A stretch of DNA of 64,000 nt from an uncultured virus (IMG/VR IMGVR_UViG_2061766007_000491) (Duplodnaviria > Heunggongvirae > Uroviricota > Caudoviricetes). The first letter of the stretch is position 1; each line of letters starts with the position of its first letter. The notes under the pieces are model-generated. The model ran no database searches. It saw only the letters and a list, made by a program, of their open reading frames with translations, and was not told where the DNA came from. The stretch is from IMG/VR virus record IMGVR_UViG_2061766007_000491. One strand, 5' to 3'. Both the position numbers and the translations under genes were made by a program. This document shows positions 8,462-18,376 of this stretch, piece after piece.

Positions 8462-9331
8462 ATGAATGAGCAATTAGAGAGACTTTCAAAGATGGTGGAG
8501 AGTGAGGAGCCTATACCGTTCAGGGATTTTGGTAAATTGAGCCGTTGTTTAAGACTTTTTGATAAAAGTGGAAAAGATGCTAGGGTTGCACCTTGGTCTA
8601 TTGGTAGAGGTGGGTATGACATGGATTGGCAGATCAATTATGAGGATGAAATAGGGAGGTTGGGAACTCCTGTAGTAGAGAGTGTAGCAGGTAGAGTGGA
8701 GATCATTGTTCCGATGTATAGGTACATTGGATGGGAGAAGTTATTAAAGGTTTTGAAAAAATCGTTTCCATATAATAAGTTTGGAGCGATGGAGAGGGAT
8801 GTTTATCCTGGTGATGAAGATGAACCTGTGGGCGAGGCTAAGATGGTGGAAGAGGATGAGGATTACGCTTCTATGGTAGGTGCAGATCAGTTGGCTAAAC
8901 AGTTTGGCCTGAGTGATGGACAGACCAAGCTATTGACTAAGATGTTTAATAAGGTAGCGGGGGCAGCGTTAAAGGGTGGAGTAGGTGGTTTACGGAACAG
9001 ACTGATGGGCAGGGGTGGAGACGATGAGGAAGTGATAGATGTAACACCGAAACAGGTAGATGTGAATACGGATGTGTTGCATGGTGCGCTGGCTATGGAT
9101 GCGCCTGTGGATATGAATACACCGTGTGTAGCGAAGCTGGCAAGGATGGACGGCAGTGCGTATTATGTTTTTAATTGGGACGGTGACGATACGATTAAAG
9201 CGTATTATGTGGATGGCGAGGGTAACAATGGCATGATAACAACCTCGTACAAAGACGCTTTAGTGGATGGGTACGAGCCTATTTCGTATAAGGAAACACT
9301 AGGCGAGATCAAGGACAACGAAGATTTTTAG
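8462..9331 (+). CDS. hypothetical protein, candidate internal head protein
   Basis: 289 aa ORF; N-terminal LERLSKMVE leader. Confidence 0.75.
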   Translation: MNEQLERLSKMVESEEPIPFRDFGKLSRCLRLFDKSGKDARVAPWSIGRGGYDMDWQINYEDEIGRLGTPVVESVAGRVEIIVPMYRYIGWEKLLKVLKKSFPYNKFGAMERDVYPGDEDEPVGEAKMVEEDEDYASMVGADQLAKQFGLSDGQTKLLTKMFNKVAGAALKGGVGGLRNRLMGRGGDDEEVIDVTPKQVDVNTDVLHGALAMDAPVDMNTPCVAKLARMDGSAYYVFNWDGDDTIKAYYVDGEGNNGMITTSYKDALVDGYEPISYKETLGEIKDNEDF

Positions 9332-9420
9332 AAAAAATATGAAAAAATTTTTCACAAAAATGTTGACATGATACAAAGTCTATAATAAAATTCTTTCGTG
9401 CTTCGGGAAAACGGAGCATG
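9331..9420 (+). promoter_or_regulatory. sigma70-type early promoter with A-rich UP element and downstream hairpin (copy 1)
   Basis: TTGACA 9363-9368, 17 nt, TAAAAT 9386-9391; similar sequence repeated at 13876-13960. Confidence 0.8.
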
Positions 9421-9442
9421 ATAGTTCAAAAGTAGATGATGT

Positions 9443-9468
9443 GGGCTATCCGAGTGGGTAGCCCTTTT
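9443..9468 (+). terminator. terminator-like hairpin
   Basis: GGGCTATCC-GAGT-GGGTAGCCC-TTTT. Confidence 0.6.
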
Positions 9469-9515
9469 ACTTTTGAGAGTTAAGTTTAATTAGTTATAGA
9501 AAGGCAATACAGATT

Positions 9516-9875
9516 ATGGCATATTACAAAGTTAGCACATTACTTCAACGCTGGAAGAGCGCATTGAAAAAAGCTAAGACACCTCGTATTTATGAGACTG
9601 AGGAAGTGGAAGCGGATGACAAGAAAGTCACGGTCAAGTTTTTCTGGCCTGCTGGTCGCTGGACATGGTATGTGACCGAGTGGGATGGCGAGGACGAGTG
9701 CTTCGGTTATGTCAAGAGCGGTTTTGGTGCGGACTGTGACGAGTGGGGTTATTTTAGGCTTTCTGAGTTAGCGACACTGAATCAGGGGTTGCATGATTGG
9801 AGAAGGTGCTTGCAGGTGGAAAGAGACCTGTATTTTAGACCACGAACCTTCAAAGAGGTACAGGTGACTGATTAA
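9516..9875 (+). CDS. DUF2958-like protein
   Basis: KFF.P.G.WTWYVTE.D....FGYV....EWGYF.LSEL...VERDLYF.P pattern. Confidence 0.75.
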   Translation: MAYYKVSTLLQRWKSALKKAKTPRIYETEEVEADDKKVTVKFFWPAGRWTWYVTEWDGEDECFGYVKSGFGADCDEWGYFRLSELATLNQGLHDWRRCLQVERDLYFRPRTFKEVQVTD

Positions 9876-9933
9876 GACTGAGTGTTAAGGGGAGGGGTGA
9901 TAAGCCTCTCCCTTATAGAAAGGGCAATACGAT

Positions 9934-10638
9934 ATGACAGTAAGAGAATACAGTTTTAGAAGGTGGGTACAAGGCTATAGAACGGCTGAGGGAAGGCGTT
10001 ATTGCGGGTACGATATACCGCAAATAAGTGAAGAGACCTTATATGAGCAGTACCAGAGACTTGTGCAGTATGAGAACAAGGGTCTGGAAGTGGACTTCTC
10101 TGAGGTGGTTAAGGCTGCAAGACACCATGTTATTCTGGTGGGTGATAATGTTCCTTTAAGGTGGTTGCCGAATGAATACTATAACTTAGTGGAAGAGGCT
10201 GTCAGTGCAATACAATGCAGTGAACCGAAGGTGTGGATAAACAGCTTTTGCAGAGTGGATAAGTACAGTGTAAGAGTATTCTGGGAGCCGTTACAGTTCC
10301 GTTACAAGAATGTGGATTATGTAGTGGAATGCAAGCAGGTGTGTAACCGTTATGAGATTACGAAGGGCAGACGGTTAGGCGGTTTTCCGAACAAGGAGAA
10401 GTTCTTACAGTTACAGCATGACTTTGATCGCTTTATAATCAGACGAGCAGGTTGGTGTCTGAATGAGTGGGAGAGACTTTTAGGGCCAGAGGAATGGGAG
10501 TTTCACCAAGACCTCGTGAATGAGTGTCAGCCTAAGCTGTGGAATGAGTATTGGGGGAAGTGGGTTGCTAAGGTAAAAGCCTTCCATTTTAGCGTGAAAG
10601 AAGTGGAAGAGCTAGGTATTGAATTACGAAAGGAATAG
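9934..10638 (+). CDS. hypothetical protein
   Basis: 234 aa ORF preceded by AGAAAGGG. Confidence 0.75.
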   Translation: MTVREYSFRRWVQGYRTAEGRRYCGYDIPQISEETLYEQYQRLVQYENKGLEVDFSEVVKAARHHVILVGDNVPLRWLPNEYYNLVEEAVSAIQCSEPKVWINSFCRVDKYSVRVFWEPLQFRYKNVDYVVECKQVCNRYEITKGRRLGGFPNKEKFLQLQHDFDRFIIRRAGWCLNEWERLLGPEEWEFHQDLVNECQPKLWNEYWGKWVAKVKAFHFSVKEVEELGIELRKE

Positions 10639-10646
10639 TCTATATT

Positions 10647-10997
10647 ATGCAGGACAGGTCTAAGTGGTTTGAGCGGTATCTTAGGGGTGAATATCCCTGG
10701 TGGGACGAGAACCCACACAAGGCGGAGGTGATTGAGGGGTTTAAGCGTTTCCTGAGTGAGACGCACACCCCGAAAGACGCAGGGGATAACCCTACAGTGG
10801 TGATATGGTATAGTGGGGCTAAGTACCATGTATATGCTTGGGACGGTGAGGATACTATTACAGTGAAGTGTGTGACACCGAGACAGGAACGGTGGGATAC
10901 GATTGGAATATCAAAGTGGTTGCAGTGGTTGGATTTTGTGCCAAAATTTATATACAGTGCGTATGGAGTTGAAAACATTAAGCATGGTATTAAGTGA
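10647..10997 (+). CDS. hypothetical protein
   Basis: 116 aa ORF. Confidence 0.65.
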   Translation: MQDRSKWFERYLRGEYPWWDENPHKAEVIEGFKRFLSETHTPKDAGDNPTVVIWYSGAKYHVYAWDGEDTITVKCVTPRQERWDTIGISKWLQWLDFVPKFIYSAYGVENIKHGIK

Positions 10998-11760
10998 AGC
11001 GGATGCTTTGGATTTTGAGGATACAGGGAGGAGAAAGTTCTTCCGTAAGAATGTGAATCCTGAGTATCCTCCGTTTGTAATGCCTGTGAAGGACGCAAAG
11101 CCACGCCCAGCGGATGATTATGTCCATGATGATGACATTGATCCTGATGAGGGGAGGGTGTATGAGTACACGTTTAAGGATGGTGTATTTTATGCCACAC
11201 CGAGTAACAGGATGATGGCAAGTCAGTTCCCATTGTTCTACAGTGTGGATTATCTGAAAACGTGGAAGGTGGCTAAGAATGACCTTAGCAGGGGTGAGAA
11301 CGATGATACCATGCCGAGGAGTGGGCAGAATATCCCTTATGTACTGCAAGCGATTAGAAGGGATTTTGAAAGGGCTATAGCGGAATCGTTAAGTGCTGCC
11401 CGTTCAAAGGTGTATTATGACGATGACGGCGACTTAGTGATTAAGCCTGTGGATAGGTCTAAGCCGACATTTTACATGAAGAGAGAGCCTGATAATAGGT
11501 TTTATATCATGGCAGATGGCGAGCATAAGAGTGAGGATGACTTCTGGTTTTCCAGAGAGTTTAACAAGAACGGTCAACCTAATGCAGATTGGCATAATGT
11601 ATTCATGGTGCTGGTGATGAAGGTAGGTAATGAGTATCTGGACACAGTAGATGTGCCTGGTGAGTTCTATAAACGTAACGGTGAGATGATACAGAAAAAG
11701 AAGTCTGTATTGCGTACTAAAGCCGAATTTGATAAGAATAAGATTAGAGGATTGGATTAG
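10984..11760 (+). CDS. hypothetical protein
   Basis: ORF track 10903..11760; ATG 10984 minimises the overlap with the upstream gene. Confidence 0.7.
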   Translation: MVLSEADALDFEDTGRRKFFRKNVNPEYPPFVMPVKDAKPRPADDYVHDDDIDPDEGRVYEYTFKDGVFYATPSNRMMASQFPLFYSVDYLKTWKVAKNDLSRGENDDTMPRSGQNIPYVLQAIRRDFERAIAESLSAARSKVYYDDDGDLVIKPVDRSKPTFYMKREPDNRFYIMADGEHKSEDDFWFSREFNKNGQPNADWHNVFMVLVMKVGNEYLDTVDVPGEFYKRNGEMIQKKKSVLRTKAEFDKNKIRGLD

Positions 11761-11765
11761 GAGAT

Positions 11766-12005
11766 ATGGATAAGGTTTTGGATAAGGTGCGTGGAGGTGG
11801 TTATGAGTTCCGCAATGGTGTGCGTATGGCGAAGGTGACGGCGATACCTAAGCGGGAGAGGAACTGCTATCCAGCGTTCTTTTACGATGAAGGAACAGGT
11901 TGGGGCATAGTAGATCACCAAGGGGGTATCACGGAACTGGATGAGAATTGGAACGAGGTCAAGGATGCTTTAACGATGGGAGCGAGAAAGGTTGGGATGA
12001 TATGA
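11766..12005 (+). CDS. hypothetical protein
   Basis: 79 aa ORF with AGGAG upstream. Confidence 0.6.
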   Translation: MDKVLDKVRGGGYEFRNGVRMAKVTAIPKRERNCYPAFFYDEGTGWGIVDHQGGITELDENWNEVKDALTMGARKVGMI

Positions 12006-12730
12006 AGCTAGTGGTTACTCATTACGATAAGTACCCGCCTGAGACGGTAGTGAACTATTTTAAGTCTCTGAGGGTGCTGGATGCGGAAACGAAGGTGGCG
12101 TTTATCACGAACGATTATTTTGACGTGAGAGAGCGGTTAAAGCCTTATCGAGTGGATTATGTGTTGAAGGACGAGTTTGCTGGGATATACCCGAACTGCA
12201 TATCGAGGTTTTTCACCCTGAGACGTGTGATCGAGGGGATGAAGCCTGAGAAGGTGATATTCAGCGATTGCAGGGATTTTGTGTTTATGGAAGAGCCATT
12301 CCAGTACATAAACGCTGATGTAGTGGTGAGTGAGGAACGGAAAACGCCTACAGGGGAAGGCACGACTAACTATCAGTGGGCATTAGGATGCGGTCGAAAG
12401 GTAGCGGATTATCTGGCGAGGTTCCCTGTGATATGCGCTGGTATGATAGCTGGCACTAAGTTACTATCTCTCTTAGAGGTATTTACTAGGTGCGTATCCC
12501 AAATAGGGGGGGGGAAGGTAGAAGAGCATATAGACCAGCCTTTAATGAGTTACATAGTGCGGAGGCGTGTTGAGCTAGGTACACAGTGGGAGATATTGAA
12601 AGAGGAGAACAGAGTGTGTCAGCACCTAGGAAGTGAGTGTTTTAATTTTAGAGAATGGATGCCAGCAATGGTGCATGGGTATCCGATATATCCTGAGTTA
12701 CAACGGGAGATAGAAAAGCGATTGGAATAG
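12002..12730 (+). CDS. putative GT-A fold glycosyltransferase
   Basis: VIFSDCRDFVF, ICAGMIAG and IDQ motifs; ATGA overlap at 12002. Confidence 0.6.
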   Translation: MKLVVTHYDKYPPETVVNYFKSLRVLDAETKVAFITNDYFDVRERLKPYRVDYVLKDEFAGIYPNCISRFFTLRRVIEGMKPEKVIFSDCRDFVFMEEPFQYINADVVVSEERKTPTGEGTTNYQWALGCGRKVADYLARFPVICAGMIAGTKLLSLLEVFTRCVSQIGGGKVEEHIDQPLMSYIVRRRVELGTQWEILKEENRVCQHLGSECFNFREWMPAMVHGYPIYPELQREIEKRLE

Positions 12731-12732
12731 AT

Positions 12733-13194
12733 ATGAGTGCGATCAAGAGACTATCACAGATGTTCGAGGGTGTGGACAAGGAAGAGGTGGAGCGTAGGCT
12801 GAAAGCGTTAAAGTTTTGCGATTTCAGGGGTGAGCCGACCACAGGCAAGGACATGGTAGTTGCGCCTGGTATTAAGGGTGTCTGGGTGTATTATGAGCCT
12901 GAGTACACCATGACGGGTGATCGTAAACCGTATGACTATTATTGGAATGCGTTTAAGAAAGGCAAGGATGGTTTTCAGATTGACTTTTACTTGGATGTGC
13001 CTGGACAGGATGAACCTGTTAAGCTGGACATAGACGTGAAAGATGACGTGTATGACAGTGCGATTGAGTACATGATAGACAGCCAGTTTGAGACAAAAGA
13101 GGATTGGGAAGAGGATGAGGATGCCTTTGACGATAGTGAGTATGACGATGATCTGAGACCAAGAGACGCTGACCCTAGGAACCCAGAGGAATAA
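12733..13194 (+). CDS. hypothetical protein, candidate internal head protein
   Basis: 153 aa; IKRLSQMFE leader; acidic C-terminus. Confidence 0.7.
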   Translation: MSAIKRLSQMFEGVDKEEVERRLKALKFCDFRGEPTTGKDMVVAPGIKGVWVYYEPEYTMTGDRKPYDYYWNAFKKGKDGFQIDFYLDVPGQDEPVKLDIDVKDDVYDSAIEYMIDSQFETKEDWEEDEDAFDDSEYDDDLRPRDADPRNPEE

Positions 13195-13218
13195 CTTTTA
13201 ACTACAATATATATTGTT

Positions 13219-13800
13219 ATGGAATCAAGTGTTAAAAAATTAGGTCGTCTTTGTGATGTGATGGAAGGAAAATCATGTTGCAAGACTAAGAAAAACGAGT
13301 GCAAAGGTAAGAAGTGCGCTAAGAAAGCCAAAGCTAAAGCTAAGAACGAATGCGGTAAGGCTTGTAAGAAAAATGAGAGCCTTGAACCGAAACAAGAATG
13401 GTTTGAGCCGTATGGTAATAAGCGTAAGGCTGATTTTGAACGGGATGGTCTGTCTGTGTGGGACTTGGTGAGTGCAGGGGATGCCTTGTATCAGATTGGC
13501 AGAAAGACACCTCTGGGCATTGCTAATAATGATGAAGTGTTTTTCAAGTATCGTGATCGGGGCCCTTTGTATCTGTGTAAATGGGGTAATGGTAATAATG
13601 AAGCTGTGGTGGTCAATGTTACCCATGATGGTAAGATGTGGGTGACTACTCTGGATAACGGAATGCCTGATCGGTACAGTGACCCGCTGGAAATGCTGGG
13701 TAAATATCCGCAACTCGCACCTGCTGTAAAAGAAAGGGTGTTGGTTTATAAGCCGATGTCTGTTGAACAGGCACAGCGTACCGAAAGCAATCCCCGATAA
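13219..13800 (+). CDS. hypothetical protein with Lys/Cys-rich N-terminal region
   Basis: 193 aa; LGRLCDVME leader then KSCCKTKKNECKGKKCAKKAKAKAKNEC. Confidence 0.75.
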   Translation: MESSVKKLGRLCDVMEGKSCCKTKKNECKGKKCAKKAKAKAKNECGKACKKNESLEPKQEWFEPYGNKRKADFERDGLSVWDLVSAGDALYQIGRKTPLGIANNDEVFFKYRDRGPLYLCKWGNGNNEAVVVNVTHDGKMWVTTLDNGMPDRYSDPLEMLGKYPQLAPAVKERVLVYKPMSVEQAQRTESNPR

Positions 13801-13830
13801 GGATTTATAACTAATTGTGTATTGCCTGAC

Positions 13831-13863
13831 GAGGGCTGCTCTGTGTGGGGCAGCTCTTTTTTT
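13831..13863 (+). terminator. rho-independent terminator
   Basis: GAGGGCTGCTC-TGTGT-GGGGCAGCTCT followed by a T run. Confidence 0.75.
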
Positions 13864-13875
13864 GTGCAGAAAAAT

Positions 13876-13960
13876 AAAAAAATATGAAAAAATTTTATAC
13901 AAAAATGTTGACATAAACACGAGATTGTATAAAATTATTTCCGTGCTTCGGCAATGGAGC
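13876..13960 (+). promoter_or_regulatory. sigma70-type early promoter with A-rich UP element and downstream hairpin (copy 2)
   Basis: TTGACA 13908-13913, 16 nt, TAAAAT 13930-13935; similar to 9331-9420. Confidence 0.75.
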
Positions 13961-13985
13961 CGTTGCACTAAGTTTAGGTGATACG

Positions 13986-14597
13986 ATGAACAAGATATTT
14001 CACACATTATTGGACAGTGCGATTGCGCACTTTAAGAACACAGAAGCCGTCAAGGTGGTTCTGGTAGAGGAAAAGAACTGTGTCAGACACTTTGGCATTG
14101 CGTTCAATACGGTATTAGCATCCTGGGATGGGAAGCAGTACGAGGTGAGCTTTCGTTATACGAGAGCGGATAAGGACTATGCGACACCGACCAGATTGGA
14201 CAAGCTGTTTTGCATTAAAGTGAACGAGAAGGGTGCGCCTTATAACCTGTGGTGGGCAAGCACGAAGGGTAAGGGTCGCCGTGAGACAACAGCGATCAAG
14301 GGTTACTATCTGGCCGTTCGTGAATTGGGAACTAAGGCATGGGTATGGTTCCCGATTAAGGACTTGACCGAAGAGCAGTGGCACAACCTGGTTTCGGTTG
14401 TGGATGCGAAAGTACAGTCTGTGCTTGACTACCCTGCGCTGGCTGTAGTGGGTGCGGATGGACAGTTACAGTCTGTAGCAGGTCTGTATGAGACAAACAA
14501 CCTGTGGAGAAAGTACGGTAAACATCAGGCGAATGCGTACTACTATAAGAGGGTAAACGCTCATAGACTGCCTGAGTATCAGATTAAACCTGTATAA
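13986..14597 (+). CDS. hypothetical protein
   Basis: 203 aa ORF directly after the promoter. Confidence 0.75.
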   Translation: MNKIFHTLLDSAIAHFKNTEAVKVVLVEEKNCVRHFGIAFNTVLASWDGKQYEVSFRYTRADKDYATPTRLDKLFCIKVNEKGAPYNLWWASTKGKGRRETTAIKGYYLAVRELGTKAWVWFPIKDLTEEQWHNLVSVVDAKVQSVLDYPALAVVGADGQLQSVAGLYETNNLWRKYGKHQANAYYYKRVNAHRLPEYQIKPV

Positions 14598-14611
14598 AGA
14601 GGAGGAGAGAT

Positions 14612-14818
14612 ATGGATTTATTGAACAAGCTAGAGGATATAGAGGGGCGGTTTGCTGATGCAGTATCCCAGAGCCATGCGAAGGTGTTTGACATTATGAC
14701 AATACTGGAATTGGGCTTGATACGGAAGGAGCTGACACGGATAGCCGATCATTTGGAAACTATAGCCAAGACAGAAGTATTGAAAGCTGATGAGGACGGA
14801 TATGGTAAATATGAATAA
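14612..14818 (+). CDS. hypothetical protein
   Basis: 68 aa with GAGGAGG ribosome-binding site. Confidence 0.65.
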   Translation: MDLLNKLEDIEGRFADAVSQSHAKVFDIMTILELGLIRKELTRIADHLETIAKTEVLKADEDGYGKYE

Positions 14819-14840
14819 TAGAAGGAGAGGAGATAATAGA

Positions 14841-15380
14841 ATGAATATCATTGATTTAGTTACGGAAGCGGTGAAACACACGTCAGAGTTTGAACTGGTG
14901 GCGTTAGTGGATTGCGAACTGGAAGGGTATGCACCCGTGTTTAAGCCAGTGTTCTTTACCCATAACGGAGTAGAGTATGGGTTATTTTTTACATACGATA
15001 AAAAGTTACCTAAGAATCCGCTGGAAGGGTTAGTGCCTCGCAAGGTGTTTGGTGTGGCAAAGCCTATATGTGGGTTTCCTGGGAATAAGACGTTATTATG
15101 CTTATTGAATGCTGAATGTCCGAAGGATGGGTTTATTAAGGGCGACCCATTAGGACGGTTTAACAGTTGCAGTCTGTACCTGTGGAACACTGTGGATAAG
15201 GGTGTAAAACAGATACGTTTCAGGGATATATTAGGCAGTGCATGGTATGAGACTATAGAGGAAAACGTAAGGCGTTTGACAGTGGATGCTTATAATAAGA
15301 AAAAGAACATAGTGAAAAAGTATGTCTGGGAAAACTTCATTGTGAAAGAATTAAAAACAGCTTATACAGCGCAAGTATAA
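14841..15380 (+). CDS. hypothetical protein
   Basis: ORF track 14790..15380; AGGAG upstream of ATG 14841. Confidence 0.7.
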   Translation: MNIIDLVTEAVKHTSEFELVALVDCELEGYAPVFKPVFFTHNGVEYGLFFTYDKKLPKNPLEGLVPRKVFGVAKPICGFPGNKTLLCLLNAECPKDGFIKGDPLGRFNSCSLYLWNTVDKGVKQIRFRDILGSAWYETIEENVRRLTVDAYNKKKNIVKKYVWENFIVKELKTAYTAQV

Positions 15381-15395
15381 AAGGAGAATAGTTAC

Positions 15396-16020
15396 ATGGA
15401 AGATAGTAGAATGAACGTGATAGGTCTAATGAGTGTGTATGACTTATTGGACTTGATAGAAAATTGGGATATTGAGTTTATAGTGGATTGCGGGAGAACG
15501 AATAAAGGTGATTCTGTAAAGATATATACTGCTATAAAGCCAGTGGATTATACCCTCTTGTCAGGGGAAGTCGTACACGTTTCGTTTGGAATAGATTATG
15601 GATATGAGGAGAGGATTACTGATCTGTTATATCCTTGCAGGGTTATCCCTTATTTCAGCGTAAAACATAAGTGGGATGAGAAAAAGAATGAGGCAAAAGT
15701 TTCTTGTCTGAGTCTGTATATTAAAAACCTGAGACGGCTTACTATTAGGATAACGGATAAAAATAGTGGCGGTATTNNNNNNNNNNNNNNNNNNNNNTTT
15801 TCCTATTCATGTGTGGGCTAAGTTTATAGACGTTTTTCGTAACTCTATCACTAAAAAATTAAAACAGATGAAATGGTTATTACCTATGTCTGAGTATGAG
15901 GGGATTGCTCGTGATCGCTTTAATAGCCGTAAGGATAAAGTGATCTTAGATGCGAGTGCTATTGCGTATGTAAAAAGGTTAGGTTCTAATATACCTCCTT
16001 GTGCGGGGTGGCTGGATTAG
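15396..16020 (+). CDS. hypothetical protein spanning an assembly gap
   Basis: Two ORF pieces on either side of the N run 15777-15797, probably one gene. Confidence 0.55.
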
Positions 16021-16023
16021 ATT

Positions 16024-16563
16024 ATGTGGAAGTGGTTAGTGGTGTGCGCTCTGGCGGTAAATGTGCAGGGCGCAACCCTCGCAGAACTGCATGAGTTATG
16101 TGAGGAAACAGTGGATGCGTTTGAAGGTGTACTGCCTACAGGCGAGAATGTTGTGGAACAGTTGTACTTTACCGCAGTGGTGGAGTCAGGAGGTGGCAAG
16201 TACGATAAACAGATAGGTGGGAGTGCTGTGAGTTACTTCCAGATTGAGGAAGCTACAGCGAATGACATCTACAGACGCTATTTAACGCACAGAAAAGGGG
16301 CTAGGACGGCTTTGTTACAGTTCGCAGGGGTATCACACCAGACAGCGTATGAAAACCCCTTAAAAACGGTGCAGAGCAATCCCAGGTTCGCTGCGGGGAT
16401 AGCTCGGTTGGTTTATGCTCTGGACAAGAATCCGATTCCAGTGGATAATAAGGACAGAGCGACCTATTGGAAGCGAGCCTATCAGAAAGGCGGGTTGAGA
16501 GGCTTATCTGCGGAACAGGCAGAAAAAAACTTCAAAGATTTTTGTAGAAAAAACGCTCGCTAA
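16024..16563 (+). CDS. lysozyme-like / lytic transglycosylase-like protein with signal peptide
   Basis: Hydrophobic N-terminus; TAVVESGG...AVSYFQIE..TA.D resembles the ES and GxxQ motifs of the lysozyme superfamily. Confidence 0.55.
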   Translation: MWKWLVVCALAVNVQGATLAELHELCEETVDAFEGVLPTGENVVEQLYFTAVVESGGGKYDKQIGGSAVSYFQIEEATANDIYRRYLTHRKGARTALLQFAGVSHQTAYENPLKTVQSNPRFAAGIARLVYALDKNPIPVDNKDRATYWKRAYQKGGLRGLSAEQAEKNFKDFCRKNAR

Positions 16564-16580
16564 ACGATATATATGAGATA

Positions 16581-17282
16581 GTGCTGATGATAGCGGATTT
16601 TATCAGATTATACAAACAGGCGGTGGACGTGCATGACTTGAAAGAGTTGAACACGGAGGAATACAAGGCGTTTGTGTGCAAGCGAGGCAACCCTGTGAAG
16701 CTGGTGAGTGTGCGCAAACACTTTGATTACATACCGCATGAGGTGTTGTACTATGAGTTTTTTAATAAGAATCCGTTATTTTGGATGATACCGTTAGACC
16801 TGCCTGACAAGGCGATAGTGGGCTTTGTGCTGAGGAGTTTTTACGGTAAACAGTACACCGTATGCAACGGCGAGTATCAAAAGCAGGTATTATATGGACT
16901 GCACGACTTTAAGGACTTTCGACAGGGTATGCCGATAGTGATTTGCGAGGGTGCAAAGGACAGAGAGTATCTGGCGCAGTTTTATCCGTACTGTGTGGCG
17001 TGTTTAAGTGCCAGTCCGTCAAGGGTAAGTCTGAATCTGTTAAGGGGTTTGACGAATAAGTTGGTTTTGGCGTTAGACAACGATGATACGGGTATGTTGC
17101 AGGTGAAACGATTGACCGCTCAATTCAGGAAAATAGGTGCTATGTGTGAGCCTTATTTGCCGAGGTTGGCAAAGGATTGGGGTGGGTATTTCAGCATACG
17201 AGGGATGGAAAGCCTGAGTAAGCTGGGGTTATTAGAGTTATTGCCAACCATAGGACGAAAGAAAGATAATGTTAAAAGGTAA
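16581..17282 (+). CDS. TOPRIM-domain DNA primase-like protein
   Basis: IVICEGAKD, VLALDNDDTG and KDW motifs. Confidence 0.8.
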   Translation: MLMIADFIRLYKQAVDVHDLKELNTEEYKAFVCKRGNPVKLVSVRKHFDYIPHEVLYYEFFNKNPLFWMIPLDLPDKAIVGFVLRSFYGKQYTVCNGEYQKQVLYGLHDFKDFRQGMPIVICEGAKDREYLAQFYPYCVACLSASPSRVSLNLLRGLTNKLVLALDNDDTGMLQVKRLTAQFRKIGAMCEPYLPRLAKDWGGYFSIRGMESLSKLGLLELLPTIGRKKDNVKR

Positions 17283-18291
17283 TTATAGTGTTGTAAACGA
17301 GGCTTATCTGAATGGTAAGCTGGCGTTAGCGTGTGTAAGTATGGGTTCAGACACAGAAGAGTTTTTCTGGATGAATTACGATCAGATGACAAAGGAAGCA
17401 GAGAGTAGCTTTCTGAAAGCGTTACGCATACCAGTGGGCTTTTTCCGTAAGCTGGATAATGATGCGAAAAAGAAGGTGATACATAGCCAGACACAGCTTT
17501 TATTATCTGATGAAAAGCTATACACGGAAGCGGTGTGGGTGTTGTATTCCATAGTAGCGGAAACAGGTGGCACTCGCATTATGTATGTAGGTCGTAAGGT
17601 AGCTACACCGTTCGGGGAATACTCGCCTGAGCAGTTTTTCTTTGATGAGAAAGACAAGTGGACATTGTATGAGATCAATTTTGAAAAGGGTACAGTGAGC
17701 TATTTACGGTTGCTTGAGCCTGATAACAGGGGTATTGATGCGTACTATACGGCTGCGGTGTGTACGTTCAGCCTGTTATACCAGAGGGATGTGAGCTTGG
17801 TATGTGGCTTATTTAAGCCAGCGAACCAGTGTTTCTTGATTGATGCGTCTCTGGGTAAACAGTTTACATGGAAATGCTCTAAGTATGACTCGGTTAGCCT
17901 TGAAAACCAAGTGTCAGTAGGTAAGGCAGTGGGTGAGTATGCGGTCAAGCACGAAAAGGACTACAAGGATTGTGAGCAGAAAGCGAACGAAAGACCATTC
18001 AGCTATGAGCGTTTTAACAATACTGTGAGTGAATACGAATGGGTTGTGAAAAATCCTTATCTGCGTAAGGTATGTAATGCCTATATTACAGAGTACGTCA
18101 AGAAAAAGGATGAGTTGGAATCCAAGCTGAGGAATTGGGGTCAGTTTGTCACTTATGCGTTTGATACGATCTCGGTGAGCAGTAGAGACCTGAGAACCAA
18201 GTTGAAGCTGGGAGAGGCGTTGTATCACTGGCTGGGCGATCAGATAACACCTGAACCGCTGGGAGTGCGTATCGAGGGCGGTCAGCAGTAG
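17269..18291 (+). CDS. hypothetical protein
   Basis: 340 aa ORF in the replication cluster. Confidence 0.75.
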   Translation: MLKGNYSVVNEAYLNGKLALACVSMGSDTEEFFWMNYDQMTKEAESSFLKALRIPVGFFRKLDNDAKKKVIHSQTQLLLSDEKLYTEAVWVLYSIVAETGGTRIMYVGRKVATPFGEYSPEQFFFDEKDKWTLYEINFEKGTVSYLRLLEPDNRGIDAYYTAAVCTFSLLYQRDVSLVCGLFKPANQCFLIDASLGKQFTWKCSKYDSVSLENQVSVGKAVGEYAVKHEKDYKDCEQKANERPFSYERFNNTVSEYEWVVKNPYLRKVCNAYITEYVKKKDELESKLRNWGQFVTYAFDTISVSSRDLRTKLKLGEALYHWLGDQITPEPLGVRIEGGQQ

Positions 18292-18376
18292 AATTTTGTG
18301 TAAGTCCTAGAGGCACAATGTGGGGGTGTGCTTTTTGTACTAATCTGTTTTTTACACACCCCTTTTTTAAGAGGAT

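Noticed and set aside
15777..15797. Apparent frameshift/pseudogene
   Set aside because: Coincides with an N gap of uncertain length
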